Assembly (NCBI GenBank): GCA_038252255.1
Contig: JBBSAM010000008.1
Span: 75,424-139,423 of the forward strand
DNA length: 64,000 bases
DNA from: Acidimicrobiia bacterium
Lineage (GTDB): Bacteria; Actinomycetota; Acidimicrobiia; IMCC26256; JAENVU01
Reading direction: 5' to 3'
The notes beneath the pieces are model-generated. The model ran no database searches. It was not told the DNA's origin and was given only the letters and a program-made list of their open reading frames with translations. The position numbers were made by a program, and so were the translations under genes. Shown here piece by piece: positions 54,024 through 63,407 of the stretch (position 1 is the stretch's first letter; each line of letters opens with the position of its first letter).

Positions 54024-56849
54024 CTACGAGCAGCCGCTCGTCGCACCGCAGGACGGGCAGGCGTGGCAGCTCCCGGCGCGCTGCATGATGTCGCCGCAGA
54101 CGTAGCAGAGGACCGTCTCGCGTTCCCGGGACTGCTGCATGGTCGCGGGCGGCGTCGGCACGTCGGGCGTGATCTCGAACCGGTCGTCTGCCGGCGCGCG
54201 ATCCTCGGGCGGGAGGAGCTCCATGACGGGCTCCGCGGCCGCGGCCGCCTCCTCCACGCCGGGCAGCGTCGGCTGGAGGCGCTCCCCCACGGTGAGGATG
54301 CCCATGTCGCGGCGCTTGTCCTCGGCGATGTACTCGACCGCCAGGCGGCGGAAGATGTAGTCCACGAGGCTCGACGCGAACCGGATGTCCGGGTCGTCGG
54401 TCATGCCGGCCGGCTCGAACCGCATGTTCGTGAACATCTCGCAGAACGCCTCGATCGGCACGCCGTACTGCAGGCCGTGGCTCACCGAGATCGCGAACGC
54501 GTCCATGATCCCGGCCAGCGTGGAGCCCTGCTTGGCCACCCGGAGGAACAGCTCCCCCGGCCGGCCGTCCTCGAACTCCCCGACCGTCACGTAGCCGTGG
54601 CAGTCCGCGACCCGGAACGAGAACGTCTTCGACGCCCGCACGCGGGGCAGCTTCTGGCGAACCGGCTCCTGCACGATGAGGTGCTCGACCACCCGCTCGA
54701 CGATCCGCTCGGGCGTCGACTCGACGATCTCGCCGCCGTGCTCGGGCTGCGGCGCCGCCCCCGCCTTCGTCTGGGTGCTGAGCGGCTGACCCACCTTGCA
54801 GTTGTCGCGGTAGACCGCGACCGACTTCAGGCCGAGCCGCCAGGCCTCGATGTGGAGCTGCTCGAGCTCTTCGACCGTCGCCTCTTCCGGCAGGTTCACG
54901 GTCTTGGAGATCGCGCCGGAGAGGAACGGCTGCACCGCGCCCATCATCGTGACGTGACCCATGTAGTGGATCGGGTTGTCGCCCATCGAGCACGCGAACA
55001 CCGGGAGGTGCTCGGGGTTGAAGCCCGGTGCCCCGATGACGGTCTTGTGCTCGTTGATGAAGTCGACGATCTCCTCGACCTGCTCGTCCGAGTAGCCGAG
55101 GTTGCGGAGCGCACGGGGGATCGTCTGGTTGACGATGAGCATCGTGCCGCCGCCGACGAGCTTCTTCGCCTTGGTGAGCGCGAGGTCGGGCTCGATGCCG
55201 GTGGTGTCGCAGTCCATCATCAGACCGATCGTGCCGGTCGGAGCGAGCACCGTGGCCTGCGAGTTGCGCACGCCGTAGCGCTCACCGAGCTCGACCGCGT
55301 CGTCCCATGACCGCTGCGCGGCGGAGAGCAGCTCCGGCGGCACCAGCTCCTCGTCGATCTTGGCCGCTTCGGCCCGGTGCATCCGCAGCACGTTGAGCAT
55401 CGGCTCCTCGTTGTCCGCGTACCCGGCGAACGGACCCATGCGACCGGCGGTGCGGGCGCTGGTGGCGTACGCGTGCCCGGTCATCAACGCGGTGAGCGAC
55501 GCGGCCCACGCGCGGCCTGACGGCGAGTCGTACGGGAGGCCCTGCGACATCAGCAGCGCGCCGAGGTTCGCGTAGCCCAGGCCGAGCTGGCGGAACTGGC
55601 GGCTCGTCTCGGCGATCTTCTCGGTCGGGTAGTCCGCGTTGCCGACGAGGATCTCCTGCGCGGTGAACATCACCTCGACGGTGTGGCGGTAGGCCTCGAC
55701 GTCGAAGGCGCCGCCCTCGTCGATGTACTGGAGCAGGTTGATGCTCGCCAGGTTGCAGGCCGAGTTGTCCAGGTGCATGTACTCGCTGCACGGGTTCGAC
55801 GCGTTGATCCGGCCGGTGTTCGGGGCCGTGTGCCACCTGTTGATCGTGGTGTCGAACTGCATCCCCGGGTCGGCGCACTGCCAGGTGGCCTCGGAGATCT
55901 GGCGCATCAGGTCACGGGCCCGCAGCGTCTTGATCGTGTCGCCGGTGGTGACGGACTTGAGCGCCCAGTCCTTGTCGTCCACCACCGCGCGCATGAAGTC
56001 GTCCGTGACCCGCACCGAGTTGTTGGCGTTCTGGTACTGGATCGAGTGGCTGTCCTTGCCGTCCAGGTCCATGTCGAAGCCGGCGTCGCGCAGCGCCCGG
56101 GCCTTGTGCTCCTCGGTTGCCTTGCACCAGATGAACTCTTCGATGTCCGGGTGATCGGAGTTGAGGATCACCATCTTGGCGGCGCGGCGGGTCTTGCCCC
56201 CCGACTTGATCGTGCCGGCGGACGCGTCGGCGCCGCGCATGAAGCTGACGGGACCGCTCGCGGTGCCGCCGCCCTTCAGGCCCTCGGAGCTCGAGCGGAT
56301 GTTGCTCAGGTTGATGCCCGAGCCCGAACCGCCCTTGAAGATCGTCCCCTCTTCGCGGTACCAGTTGAGGATCCCGTTCATGGTGTCCTCGACCGCGAGG
56401 ATGAAACACGCACTCGCTTGCTGGGGTGTGTTCTTCACCCCGATGTTGAACCAGACCGGCGAGTTGAACGCGGCGCGCTGGGTGACGAGCACGTGCTTCA
56501 GCTCGGCGTTGAACGCGTCGGCTTCCTCGTCGTCGACGAAGTAGCCGTCCCGCACGCCCCAGGTGGTGATCGTGTCCGCGACGCGGTCGATGACCTGGCG
56601 CAGCGAGTGCTCCCGCTCGGACGTGCCGAGCGTGCCCCGGAAGTACTTCTGGGCGACGATGTTCGTGGCGTTCTGCGACCACGTCACCGGGAACTCGACG
56701 TCGGGCTGGAAGAACGCGTCGGTGCCGTCCTTCCAGTTCTGGATGCGGGCCTCACGCTGCTCCCACTCCACCGTGTCGTACGGGTGGGTGTCCGGCTGCG
56801 TGAAGAACCGGCGGATCCCGATGCCAACTTGCTCCGGCGCCATGGCCAT
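54024..56849 (-). CDS. nrdJ: Vitamin B12-dependent ribonucleotide reductase (class II)
   Basis: ORF 54024..56996 trimmed to ATG 56849 (MAMAPEQVGIGIRRFF). Active-site block ASNPCSEYMHLDNSACNLASINL. About 940 aa with a C-terminal CxxC..CxxC tail. Confidence 0.92.
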   Translation of the reverse strand: MAMAPEQVGIGIRRFFTQPDTHPYDTVEWEQREARIQNWKDGTDAFFQPDVEFPVTWSQNATNIVAQKYFRGTLGTSEREHSLRQVIDRVADTITTWGVRDGYFVDDEEADAFNAELKHVLVTQRAAFNSPVWFNIGVKNTPQQASACFILAVEDTMNGILNWYREEGTIFKGGSGSGINLSNIRSSSEGLKGGGTASGPVSFMRGADASAGTIKSGGKTRRAAKMVILNSDHPDIEEFIWCKATEEHKARALRDAGFDMDLDGKDSHSIQYQNANNSVRVTDDFMRAVVDDKDWALKSVTTGDTIKTLRARDLMRQISEATWQCADPGMQFDTTINRWHTAPNTGRINASNPCSEYMHLDNSACNLASINLLQYIDEGGAFDVEAYRHTVEVMFTAQEILVGNADYPTEKIAETSRQFRQLGLGYANLGALLMSQGLPYDSPSGRAWAASLTALMTGHAYATSARTAGRMGPFAGYADNEEPMLNVLRMHRAEAAKIDEELVPPELLSAAQRSWDDAVELGERYGVRNSQATVLAPTGTIGLMMDCDTTGIEPDLALTKAKKLVGGGTMLIVNQTIPRALRNLGYSDEQVEEIVDFINEHKTVIGAPGFNPEHLPVFACSMGDNPIHYMGHVTMMGAVQPFLSGAISKTVNLPEEATVEELEQLHIEAWRLGLKSVAVYRDNCKVGQPLSTQTKAGAAPQPEHGGEIVESTPERIVERVVEHLIVQEPVRQKLPRVRASKTFSFRVADCHGYVTVGEFEDGRPGELFLRVAKQGSTLAGIMDAFAISVSHGLQYGVPIEAFCEMFTNMRFEPAGMTDDPDIRFASSLVDYIFRRLAVEYIAEDKRRDMGILTVGERLQPTLPGVEEAAAAAEPVMELLPPEDRAPADDRFEITPDVPTPPATMQQSRERETVLCYVCGDIMQRAGSCHACPSCGATSGCS

Positions 56850-56990
56850 GGGCCTGCTTCCCTTCCCCGCCCGTAGGCGGCAACGCGTGTGGTGCTTCGG
56901 TCGTGGTTCCTGGGCGTCGCGTGCGTCTCGAGCACCAACGTTCGTGCCCTGGCCTTGGGCCATACCCACCCTGGCCACGTATCGCCCTCC

Positions 56991-57010
56991 AACCACAAGA
57001 TGTAGTGGTT
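56991..57010. promoter_or_regulatory. Candidate NrdR box
   Basis: AACCACAAGATGTAGTGGTT. The central 16-mer CCACAAGATGTAGTGG matches about 12/16 positions of the published acaCwAtATaTwGtgt palindrome. It lies in the nrdJ leader. Confidence 0.5.
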
Positions 57011-57040
57011 GAGGCTCCCGGCGGCGCGAGATGGGGGGTA

Positions 57041-57070
57041 ATTACAACACTGGAGTTCCACCGTTGTCAA
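57041..57070 (-). promoter_or_regulatory. Near-consensus sigma-A-type promoter for nrdJ
   Basis: The minus strand reads TTGACA (57070-57065), 18 nt, then TGTAAT (57046-57041), inside a locally AT-rich patch about 190 nt upstream of the nrdJ ATG. Confidence 0.5.
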
Positions 57071-57106
57071 CGGTGAAACGCAGTTCCCCCCTGACCTGGG
57101 AGAACG

Positions 57107-57589
57107 TCAGGAACGGGCCCGCGACGGTGGCTTCGGATCCGTCGTCTTCTGGAGGAGGACGACCTCACGTTCGAAGTCGGCGACGTTCTCGAAGTCCTTG
57201 TAGACCGAGGCGAACCGCAGGTACGAGACCGGATCGAGGGCCTGGAGGCGCTCCAGGACGGCCAGACCGACCGCCTCGCTCGGGACCTCGGGGCCGATCT
57301 CGCGGAGCTGCTCCTCGATCTCGGCGACGATGGCGTCCACCGTCCCCTCCGGGATCGGCCGGCCCGCAACCGCCCGGGCGATGCCCCCGGCCAGCTTGGC
57401 CCGGTCGAACGGCTCCTTGACCCCCGAGCGCTTGGCCACGGTGAGCGGCAACGGGTCGAGCCGCTCGTAGGTCGTGAACCGCCGCCCGCAGGCCAGGCAC
57501 TCCCGCCGTCGCCGGATCGCGTCGCCGTCGTCCGCGACCCGCGAGTCGACCACCTTGTCGTCTGCCTCACGGCAGTAGGGACACCGCAC
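57107..57589 (-). CDS. nrdR: Transcriptional repressor NrdR
   Basis: Last 160 codons of ORF 57107..58117, from GTG 57589. VRCPYCREADDKVVDSR..CLACGRRFTTYE zinc ribbon followed by an ATP-cone. Confidence 0.92.
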   Translation of the reverse strand: MRCPYCREADDKVVDSRVADDGDAIRRRRECLACGRRFTTYERLDPLPLTVAKRSGVKEPFDRAKLAGGIARAVAGRPIPEGTVDAIVAEIEEQLREIGPEVPSEAVGLAVLERLQALDPVSYLRFASVYKDFENVADFEREVVLLQKTTDPKPPSRARS

Positions 57590-57609
57590 GCCGCCACGGT
57601 AGCGCCGAG

Positions 57610-58014
57610 TCAGCGTGGCCAGACGATGGTCTCGCCCGCCAGCAGCGGAGCGTCGTGGCGGGCCTGTTGCAGCGCGTCGACGACGGCTCGGGGGTCCTGG
57701 CCGGGCGCGACCCGGCCGGCGACGGTCCAGAGCGAGTCTCCGGACCGCACGACCGTGCGCGTAACCGACGGGGGGCGCCCGGGAGCCTCGAGGGGTGTGC
57801 TCCCGAGCGCCGCGCCCGCCTGTCCCGCAACCAGGACCACGATCACCGCGCCCAGCGCGACGGCGAGACGCCGGCGCCAGTACGTGGTGGCCGAGACCCG
57901 CGGCGGACGCCCGAGACCCGCCGGGGGCATCGGCACCAACGTGAGGTGGTTCGACTGGGGAGCTGCACCAGTCGAGCACCGTTCCGGACTCGGCGTGGTC
58001 ATGACTGCGGCCAT
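57610..58014 (-). CDS. LysM domain membrane protein (Rv2719c-like position)
   Basis: TM segment LAVALGAVIVVLVAG followed by LysM VRSGDSLWTVAGRV. Positioned between lexA (divergent) and nrdR, as in mycobacteria. Confidence 0.75.
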   Translation of the reverse strand: MAAVMTTPSPERCSTGAAPQSNHLTLVPMPPAGLGRPPRVSATTYWRRRLAVALGAVIVVLVAGQAGAALGSTPLEAPGRPPSVTRTVVRSGDSLWTVAGRVAPGQDPRAVVDALQQARHDAPLLAGETIVWPR

Positions 58015-58194
58015 CTCGTGCCTCCGATTTCGGGGAGTTCGTCTGTCGGGGAGCTCGTCGTGGAGCTCGGGGTGGGAGCGCTTCGGGGGGTTGCGGTCGA
58101 GGTGCTGATCGAACCACGGGGGTGGGACAGCTACCCGGGGTGCTGCGCCCTACTGGGGTCGGCGGCTACTGGTGGGCAGCCACCCGGGGTGGGG

Positions 58195-58208
58195 CGAACG
58201 TTCGTTCG
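58195..58208. promoter_or_regulatory. SOS box 1 (CGAAC-N4-GTTCG)
   Basis: CGAACGTTCGTTCG is a perfect match to the actinobacterial/Gram-positive LexA operator core. Confidence 0.75.
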
Positions 58209-58227
58209 GCGGACTGATACCCAAGCA

Positions 58228-58241
58228 CGAACGCCCGTTCG
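58228..58241. promoter_or_regulatory. SOS box 2 (CGAAC-N4-GTTCG)
   Basis: CGAACGCCCGTTCG is a perfect core match. Confidence 0.75.
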
Positions 58242-58274
58242 GAGTCAAGGATTTCTTCGAACAGGTGTTTGCCA

Positions 58275-58288
58275 CGAACGCGTGCTCG
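58275..58288. promoter_or_regulatory. SOS box 3 (one mismatch)
   Basis: CGAACGCGTGCTCG, ending 17 nt upstream of the lexA ATG. Confidence 0.55.
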
Positions 58289-58304
58289 TGTTAGCGTCGA
58301 ATTC

Positions 58305-58940
58305 ATGACCGAAGCAGCGCCCCTCACCGCCCGCCAGCAGCAGGTCCTCGAGTTCATCGACGACGAGGTCCGCCGGCGTGGCTACCCACCGAGCGTCCGG
58401 GAGATCGGCGAGGCCGTCGGGCTCTCGTCGAGCTCCACCGTGCATGCGCACCTCGGCGCGCTGCAGGACAAGGGGTACCTCAAGCGGGACCCCACCAAGC
58501 CCCGGGCGATCGAGATCTGCTTCGAGCCGGACTCCGGCGCCATCGTGGACCGCCGGCCGGTCAAGCACGTTCCGCTCATCGGCGACGTCGCCGCCGGCAC
58601 CGGGGTCCTCGCCGCCGAGAACATCGAGGAGACCTTCCCCCTCCCCGAGGACTTCACCGGCGACGGCCACCTGTTCATGCTCCGGGTGCGGGGCGACTCC
58701 ATGATCGACGCCGGGATCTTCGACCGCGACTACGTGGTCGTCCGCCAGCAGGACAGCGCGGACAACGGCGACATCGTGGTCGCGGGCATCCCGGGCGAGG
58801 AAGCGACGGTCAAGACCTTCCTGCGCAAGCGGGGCAAGATCGTCCTGCGGCCCGCGAACGAGGTGCTGGAAGACATGGTGTTCGACCCGGCCGACGTCAC
58901 CGTCTTCGGCAAGGTCGTCACCGTCCTGCGCCGCCTGTAG
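58305..58940 (+). CDS. lexA: LexA repressor
   Basis: ORF 58269..58940 trimmed to ATG 58305. LTARQQQVLEFI..GYPPSVREIGEAVGLSSSSTVHAHL wHTH; self-cleavage and protease motifs GDSMIDAGI and VKTF. Confidence 0.93.
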   Translation: MTEAAPLTARQQQVLEFIDDEVRRRGYPPSVREIGEAVGLSSSSTVHAHLGALQDKGYLKRDPTKPRAIEICFEPDSGAIVDRRPVKHVPLIGDVAAGTGVLAAENIEETFPLPEDFTGDGHLFMLRVRGDSMIDAGIFDRDYVVVRQQDSADNGDIVVAGIPGEEATVKTFLRKRGKIVLRPANEVLEDMVFDPADVTVFGKVVTVLRRL

Positions 58941-58957
58941 CAAAGCGCCGCGACGGG

Positions 58958-60028
58958 CTAGGCAACCCCGAGAAAGCGGCCGAGCACCGCGTAGCAACCG
59001 TCGAGCGACTCCCGTGTCACGAGCTCGTCCCTGGTGTGCGCGATCTCGGGATCACCGGGCCCGAAGTTCAGCGCGGGAATCCCCTTGGCCGCGAAGCGGG
59101 CCACGTCGGTCCAACCGAGCTTCGGCCGCACGCCGAGGTCGAACGTGCCGATCAGCTCGGCCACGAGCGGATCCCACAGGTTCGGCGGGGCGGCGGGTGA
59201 GGCGTTGATCAGCTCGATCTCGTCGGCCCCCGCGAGCAGGGCTTCGACCTGGGCCCGGGCCTGCTCGATCGAGTAGGCGGGGGCGAAGCGCCGGTTGACC
59301 ACGAGGGTGCAGTGATCCGGGACCACGTTGTTGGCGATCCCACCCTCGATCCGCACGACCTGGAGCGACTCGCGGTACGGGAGGCCGTCGACGTCCACCG
59401 TGTCGGCCTCGTGCGCGGCCAGCCGGGCCAGCACCTCGGACGCCCGGTGGATCGCGTTCTCCCCCATCCACGGACGGGCCGAGTGCGCTCGCGTCCCGTG
59501 GAATCCCGCCCGCAGGTGGAGCGTCCCCTGGCATCCGGCTTCCACCCAGCCGCCGGTCGGCTCCAGCAGCACCGCGAGATCCGCCGCCACCCATTCCGGG
59601 CGCTCGGCGAACAAGGTCCGCAGCCCGTTGAACTCCTCGGCGACCTCTTCGGCTTCGTAGAACACGAGCGTCACGTCGAACCGGGACGCGTCCGCGTGGT
59701 CGGAGATCGCATCGGCCAGCGTGAGCAGCACCGCGAGACCGCCCTTCATGTCCGCCGCACCCAGGCCGTGGAGCGTGTCGCCGTCCTGGCGGGGCACCTC
59801 GTTGCCATTCGGCGGGACGGTGTCGAGATGGCCGGCGAGGACGATCCGGCGGTCCCGACCGAGCTCGGTGCGCACGACGATGTTGTCCCCGAAGCGGTCG
59901 ACGGACAGCTTCGGGGCGCGCTGGCGCAGCCGGCGTTCGACCACGTCGGCGATCTGGGTCTCGTCGTGGCTCACCGACGGGATCGCGCAGAGCTGCTCGG
60001 TCAGGTCGAGGAGATCGATCCCGGTCAC
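58958..60028 (-). CDS. dapE: Succinyl-diaminopimelate desuccinylase (M20 peptidase)
   Basis: 356 aa M20 family (GHLDTVP.., GAADMKGG, EPTG). Sits in a DAP gene neighbourhood. Confidence 0.8.
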   Translation of the reverse strand: MTGIDLLDLTEQLCAIPSVSHDETQIADVVERRLRQRAPKLSVDRFGDNIVVRTELGRDRRIVLAGHLDTVPPNGNEVPRQDGDTLHGLGAADMKGGLAVLLTLADAISDHADASRFDVTLVFYEAEEVAEEFNGLRTLFAERPEWVAADLAVLLEPTGGWVEAGCQGTLHLRAGFHGTRAHSARPWMGENAIHRASEVLARLAAHEADTVDVDGLPYRESLQVVRIEGGIANNVVPDHCTLVVNRRFAPAYSIEQARAQVEALLAGADEIELINASPAAPPNLWDPLVAELIGTFDLGVRPKLGWTDVARFAAKGIPALNFGPGDPEIAHTRDELVTRESLDGCYAVLGRFLGVA

Positions 60029-60044
60029 GCGCGGGTCACCCTGG

Positions 60045-60881
60045 TCACGTGCTGACGCCCCGTTCGCGCAGGATCTCGTTGAGCTTGGACTTATCGTGCC
60101 GCTCGCCCTCCGTGAGCCGCTTCACGACGAGCACGCAGGCCAGGCCGAACTCGCCGCCCGGGAACGTCCGCGGTCGGGTCGCCGCCACCGCGACACACCA
60201 GTCCGGGACCGTCCCGCGGCTGAGCTCCTCACCCGTCTCGGCGTCGATCACCGGGATCGAGCCCGTGAGGACGCATCCCGCGCCGAGCACCACACCACGC
60301 CCGACGCGGGCGCCGGCCGCCACGATGCAGCGAGACCCGATCATCGTGTCGTCGCCGACGACGATGGGGACGGCGCCCGGCGGTTCGAGCACCCCGCCGA
60401 TGCCGACGCCGCCGGAGAGGTGGACGCGTGCCCCGATCTGCGCGCACGAGCCGACGGTGGCCCAGGTGTCGACCATGGTGTCCTCGCCGACGTACGCGCC
60501 GATGTTCACATAGCTCGGCATCATCACGACGCCCGGAGCGAGAAACGACCCCCAGCGCGCCTGCGCGCCCGGGACGACGCGCACGCCGGCATGCTCGTAG
60601 TTGCGCTTGAGCGGGATCTTGTCCCGGAACTCGAACGGACCGAGCTCCGTGACGCTCATGTGGGTGAGCCGGAAGAGCAACAGGATCGCTTCCTTGAGCC
60701 ACTGGTGGACCACGACGTCGCCGTCGACGACCTCCGCGACCCGGGCCTGGCCGGAGTCGAGGAGATCGATCGCGGTCCGCACGTGCGCCGCCGCTTCGAC
60801 CTCGGGCATCACCGCGCCGAGATCGTCGCGGTGCTCCCAGAGCAGGTTGATCTTCTCTTCGAGGTCTTCCAGATCCGACAT
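60045..60881 (-). CDS. dapD: 2,3,4,5-tetrahydropyridine-2,6-dicarboxylate N-succinyltransferase
   Basis: ORF 60045..61109 trimmed to ATG 60881 (MSDLEDLEEKINLLWEHRDDL). Left-handed beta-helix hexapeptide repeats GAYVGEDTMVDTWATVGSCAQIGARVHLSGGVGIGGVLEP. Confidence 0.8.
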   Translation of the reverse strand: MSDLEDLEEKINLLWEHRDDLGAVMPEVEAAAHVRTAIDLLDSGQARVAEVVDGDVVVHQWLKEAILLLFRLTHMSVTELGPFEFRDKIPLKRNYEHAGVRVVPGAQARWGSFLAPGVVMMPSYVNIGAYVGEDTMVDTWATVGSCAQIGARVHLSGGVGIGGVLEPPGAVPIVVGDDTMIGSRCIVAAGARVGRGVVLGAGCVLTGSIPVIDAETGEELSRGTVPDWCVAVAATRPRTFPGGEFGLACVLVVKRLTEGERHDKSKLNEILRERGVST

Positions 60882-60913
60882 CGGTGACGGCTCCTCGGGC
60901 CAGGTGGCGCGGC

Positions 60914-62077
60914 TCAGGCGCGCCGGGACGATTCCGCGAGCCGGTCGAGCGCCAGCTCGAGCCGCTCGGTGGGCTGGGTCAGCGCGAGCCGCACGTGGTC
61001 GGCGCCCGCGGGCCCGTACAGGCTGCCGGGTGCGACGAGCGTGCCCGCCTCGGCGAGGCGCGCCGCGATCTCCCAGCCGTCGTCGGTCGACTCCGCGGCG
61101 CGCAGCCACAGGTAGAACAGCGCGGGCCCACCGTCGTGCACCAGCCCCTGCGCGCTCAGGCCGTCGAGCATGAGCTTGCGGCGCTGTTCGTACCGCTCGC
61201 GTTGCGCATCGACGTGCTCGTCGTCGCCCAGGGACGCGGCCGCAGCGGCCTGGACCGGCGTCGACACGATGAGCCCCGCGTGCTTCCGAGTGGCACCCAG
61301 GTACTCGATCAGCTCGGCATCACCGGCGACGAAGCCGACCCGCAGGCCGGCCATGTTCGAGCGCTTCGAGAGCGAGTGGCACGCCAACACGCCTTCCGTG
61401 CCGTTCAGCAACGCGGTTCCGGGCGGGATCGGCTCACCCGTGAACTCCGCGTAGCACTCGTCCGCGGCGACGATCACGCCGCGCTCGCGCGCCCAGGTGA
61501 CCTGGGCCTCCGTGCGCGCCCCACCCGCGACCGCGGAGGTGGGGTTGCCCGGGTCGTTGGTCCACAGCACGAGCGCGCGCCCGGCGTCGGCATCGCTGAC
61601 CCGGGAGAGATCGAGCTGCCACTCGTCGTCGAGCGGCACCGCCACCGCCCGCAGCCCCGCGAGCACCGCACCCATCTCGTAGGTCGGGTACGAGATCGCG
61701 GGATAGAGGACGGTGTCACGCGACGGATCGCGGAGGTGGAGCAGGTGCGGGAGTGACGCCACGAGCTCCTTGCTCCCGATCGTGGCGATCAGCTCGCTCG
61801 CCGGATCGAGATGGAGACCGAAGCGACGGTGGACCCAGCCCGCCGCGGCTTCGCGCAGCTCGAGGGTGCCGACCGACGGCGGGTAGGACGTGCTCGCCGG
61901 CGCCGCCCGTGCGAGCGCATGCAGCGCGACCTCGGGAATCGGATCCACCGGGTTGCCGATCGAGCAGTCGACGACCCCGCCGGGCACCGCGTCGGCCAGG
62001 CGGCGCAGCGCATCGAGGCGGTCGTGCGGGTACGGGGGCGGGACGAAGCCGCTCGACGATGCTCCCGCTTCGGTCAC
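60914..62077 (-). CDS. dapC: Succinyldiaminopimelate aminotransferase (class I/II aminotransferase)
   Basis: 387 aa with PLP-lysine motif SLSKRSNMAGLRVG; lies next to dapD. Confidence 0.75.
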   Translation of the reverse strand: MTEAGASSSGFVPPPYPHDRLDALRRLADAVPGGVVDCSIGNPVDPIPEVALHALARAAPASTSYPPSVGTLELREAAAGWVHRRFGLHLDPASELIATIGSKELVASLPHLLHLRDPSRDTVLYPAISYPTYEMGAVLAGLRAVAVPLDDEWQLDLSRVSDADAGRALVLWTNDPGNPTSAVAGGARTEAQVTWARERGVIVAADECYAEFTGEPIPPGTALLNGTEGVLACHSLSKRSNMAGLRVGFVAGDAELIEYLGATRKHAGLIVSTPVQAAAAASLGDDEHVDAQRERYEQRRKLMLDGLSAQGLVHDGGPALFYLWLRAAESTDDGWEIAARLAEAGTLVAPGSLYGPAGADHVRLALTQPTERLELALDRLAESSRRA

Positions 62078-62087
62078 GAAGGCGAGA

Positions 62088-63407
62088 CTATCCGGGGTGG
62101 GCGGCGACGAAGTCGGAGTACTGGCCGGACAAGTTCTGCGGTAGCCGCGCTCGTACCCGGGTGCCGCCCTCCTCGTACACCTCGATCAGGACCTCGCCGT
62201 CGCGGTGAAGTGCGGCGAGCACGTCGCCCCGGTCGTAGGGCACCCGCAGCTCGAGCACCTGCTCCATCGCGCGCAGCCGATCACCGATCACGACGGGGAG
62301 CTCCTCGACTCCCGCGCCCGTGCGCCCGGACACCCCGATCGCGCCGGGATGGGATGCCAGCAGCCGCTCGAGCGTCTCGTCCGTCACCGTGTCGGTCTTC
62401 GTGAAGACGATCTGCTCGGGCACCCGGCCCGCGCCGATCTCGTCGAGCACCGCGCGCACCGCGCGGATCCGCGTCTCGGGCTCGGCGACGCCGGCGTCGA
62501 CGAGGTGCACGAGAAGATCGGCGCTGCCGACCTCTTCGAGCGTCGACTGGAACGACTCCACGAGCTGGTGCGGCAGGCGGCGCACGAACCCGACCGTGTC
62601 CGACAGCAGCACGATCTCGCCGCCGGGCAACCGCAGGCGGCGGGTGCTCGGATCCAGCGTCGAGAACAGCCGGTCCTCGACGAGGACCTCCGCGTGCGTC
62701 AACCGGTTCAGCAGGGTCGACTTCCCGGCGTTGGTGTAGCCCACGAGCGCGACGCTCGAGAGCGACCGGCGCCGGCGCGCCTTGCGTTGCGTGTCCCGGG
62801 TGCGGCCGAGCTGCACGAGATCCCGTTCGAGCTTCGTGATCCGACGTTGGATCCGCCGGCGATCCACTTCGAGCTGCGTCTCACCGGGACCCCGGGTTCC
62901 GATCCCACTTCCCTGTTGCGACAGCTCGATGCCGCGGCCGCGCAGGCGGGGCAGGCGGTACCGCAGCTGCGCCAGCTCGACCTGGACCATTCCCTCCTGG
63001 CTCCCGGCGTGCTGGGCGAAGATGTCGAGGATCAGCGCGACACGGTCCACGACGTCGCGCTGGAACAGCTTCTCCAGGTTGCGTTGCTGCGCGGGCGAGA
63101 GCTCGTCGTCGAAGATCACGACATCGACGTCCAGCGACTCGGCCAGCTCGGCGAGCTCGGCCGCCTTGCCCTTCCCGACGTAGGTGGCCGGGTCGGGGCG
63201 ATCGCGGCGTTGCAGCTCGCTCGCCACCGGGTCGGCGCCGGCCGTGTCAGCGAGGAGCGCCAACTCGGCGAGGTCGTCTTCGGCCTCGCCGACGTTGGCC
63301 GCGTTCACGCCCGTACCCACCAGGAGCGCGCGCTGGCGTACGACCCCGAGGTCCGTCTCGGTGGCGGTGAGCCTGCGGCGTTGCCGGCCTTCGTGGCGTT
63401 GGGTCAC
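62088..63407 (-). CDS. hflX: GTPase HflX
   Basis: HflX N-domain plus G1 GYTNAGKSTLLNRLT, and DTVGF and TKTD motifs. Confidence 0.92.
   Translation of the reverse strand: MTQRHEGRQRRRLTATETDLGVVRQRALLVGTGVNAANVGEAEDDLAELALLADTAGADPVASELQRRDRPDPATYVGKGKAAELAELAESLDVDVVIFDDELSPAQQRNLEKLFQRDVVDRVALILDIFAQHAGSQEGMVQVELAQLRYRLPRLRGRGIELSQQGSGIGTRGPGETQLEVDRRRIQRRITKLERDLVQLGRTRDTQRKARRRRSLSSVALVGYTNAGKSTLLNRLTHAEVLVEDRLFSTLDPSTRRLRLPGGEIVLLSDTVGFVRRLPHQLVESFQSTLEEVGSADLLVHLVDAGVAEPETRIRAVRAVLDEIGAGRVPEQIVFTKTDTVTDETLERLLASHPGAIGVSGRTGAGVEELPVVIGDRLRAMEQVLELRVPYDRGDVLAALHRDGEVLIEVYEEGGTRVRARLPQNLSGQYSDFVAAHPG

Noticed and set aside
53829-55310. 493-aa plus-strand ORF and 361-aa minus-strand ORF (53908..54993) overlapping nrdJ
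   Set aside because: They are antisense or alternative-frame to the class II ribonucleotide reductase gene and contain no recognisable motifs.
57044-57067. Second NrdR box (ACAACACTGGAGTTCCACCGTTGT)
   Set aside because: Only the outer ACAAC/GTTGT arms pair, and it is a poor match to the 16-bp NrdR consensus. The distance to the first box (about 55 bp) is not the usual 31-32 bp.
56850-57106. Cobalamin riboswitch upstream of the B12-dependent reductase
   Set aside because: No B12-box-like conserved core or multi-stem architecture is evident. B12 riboswitches normally control B12-independent isozymes, not nrdJ.
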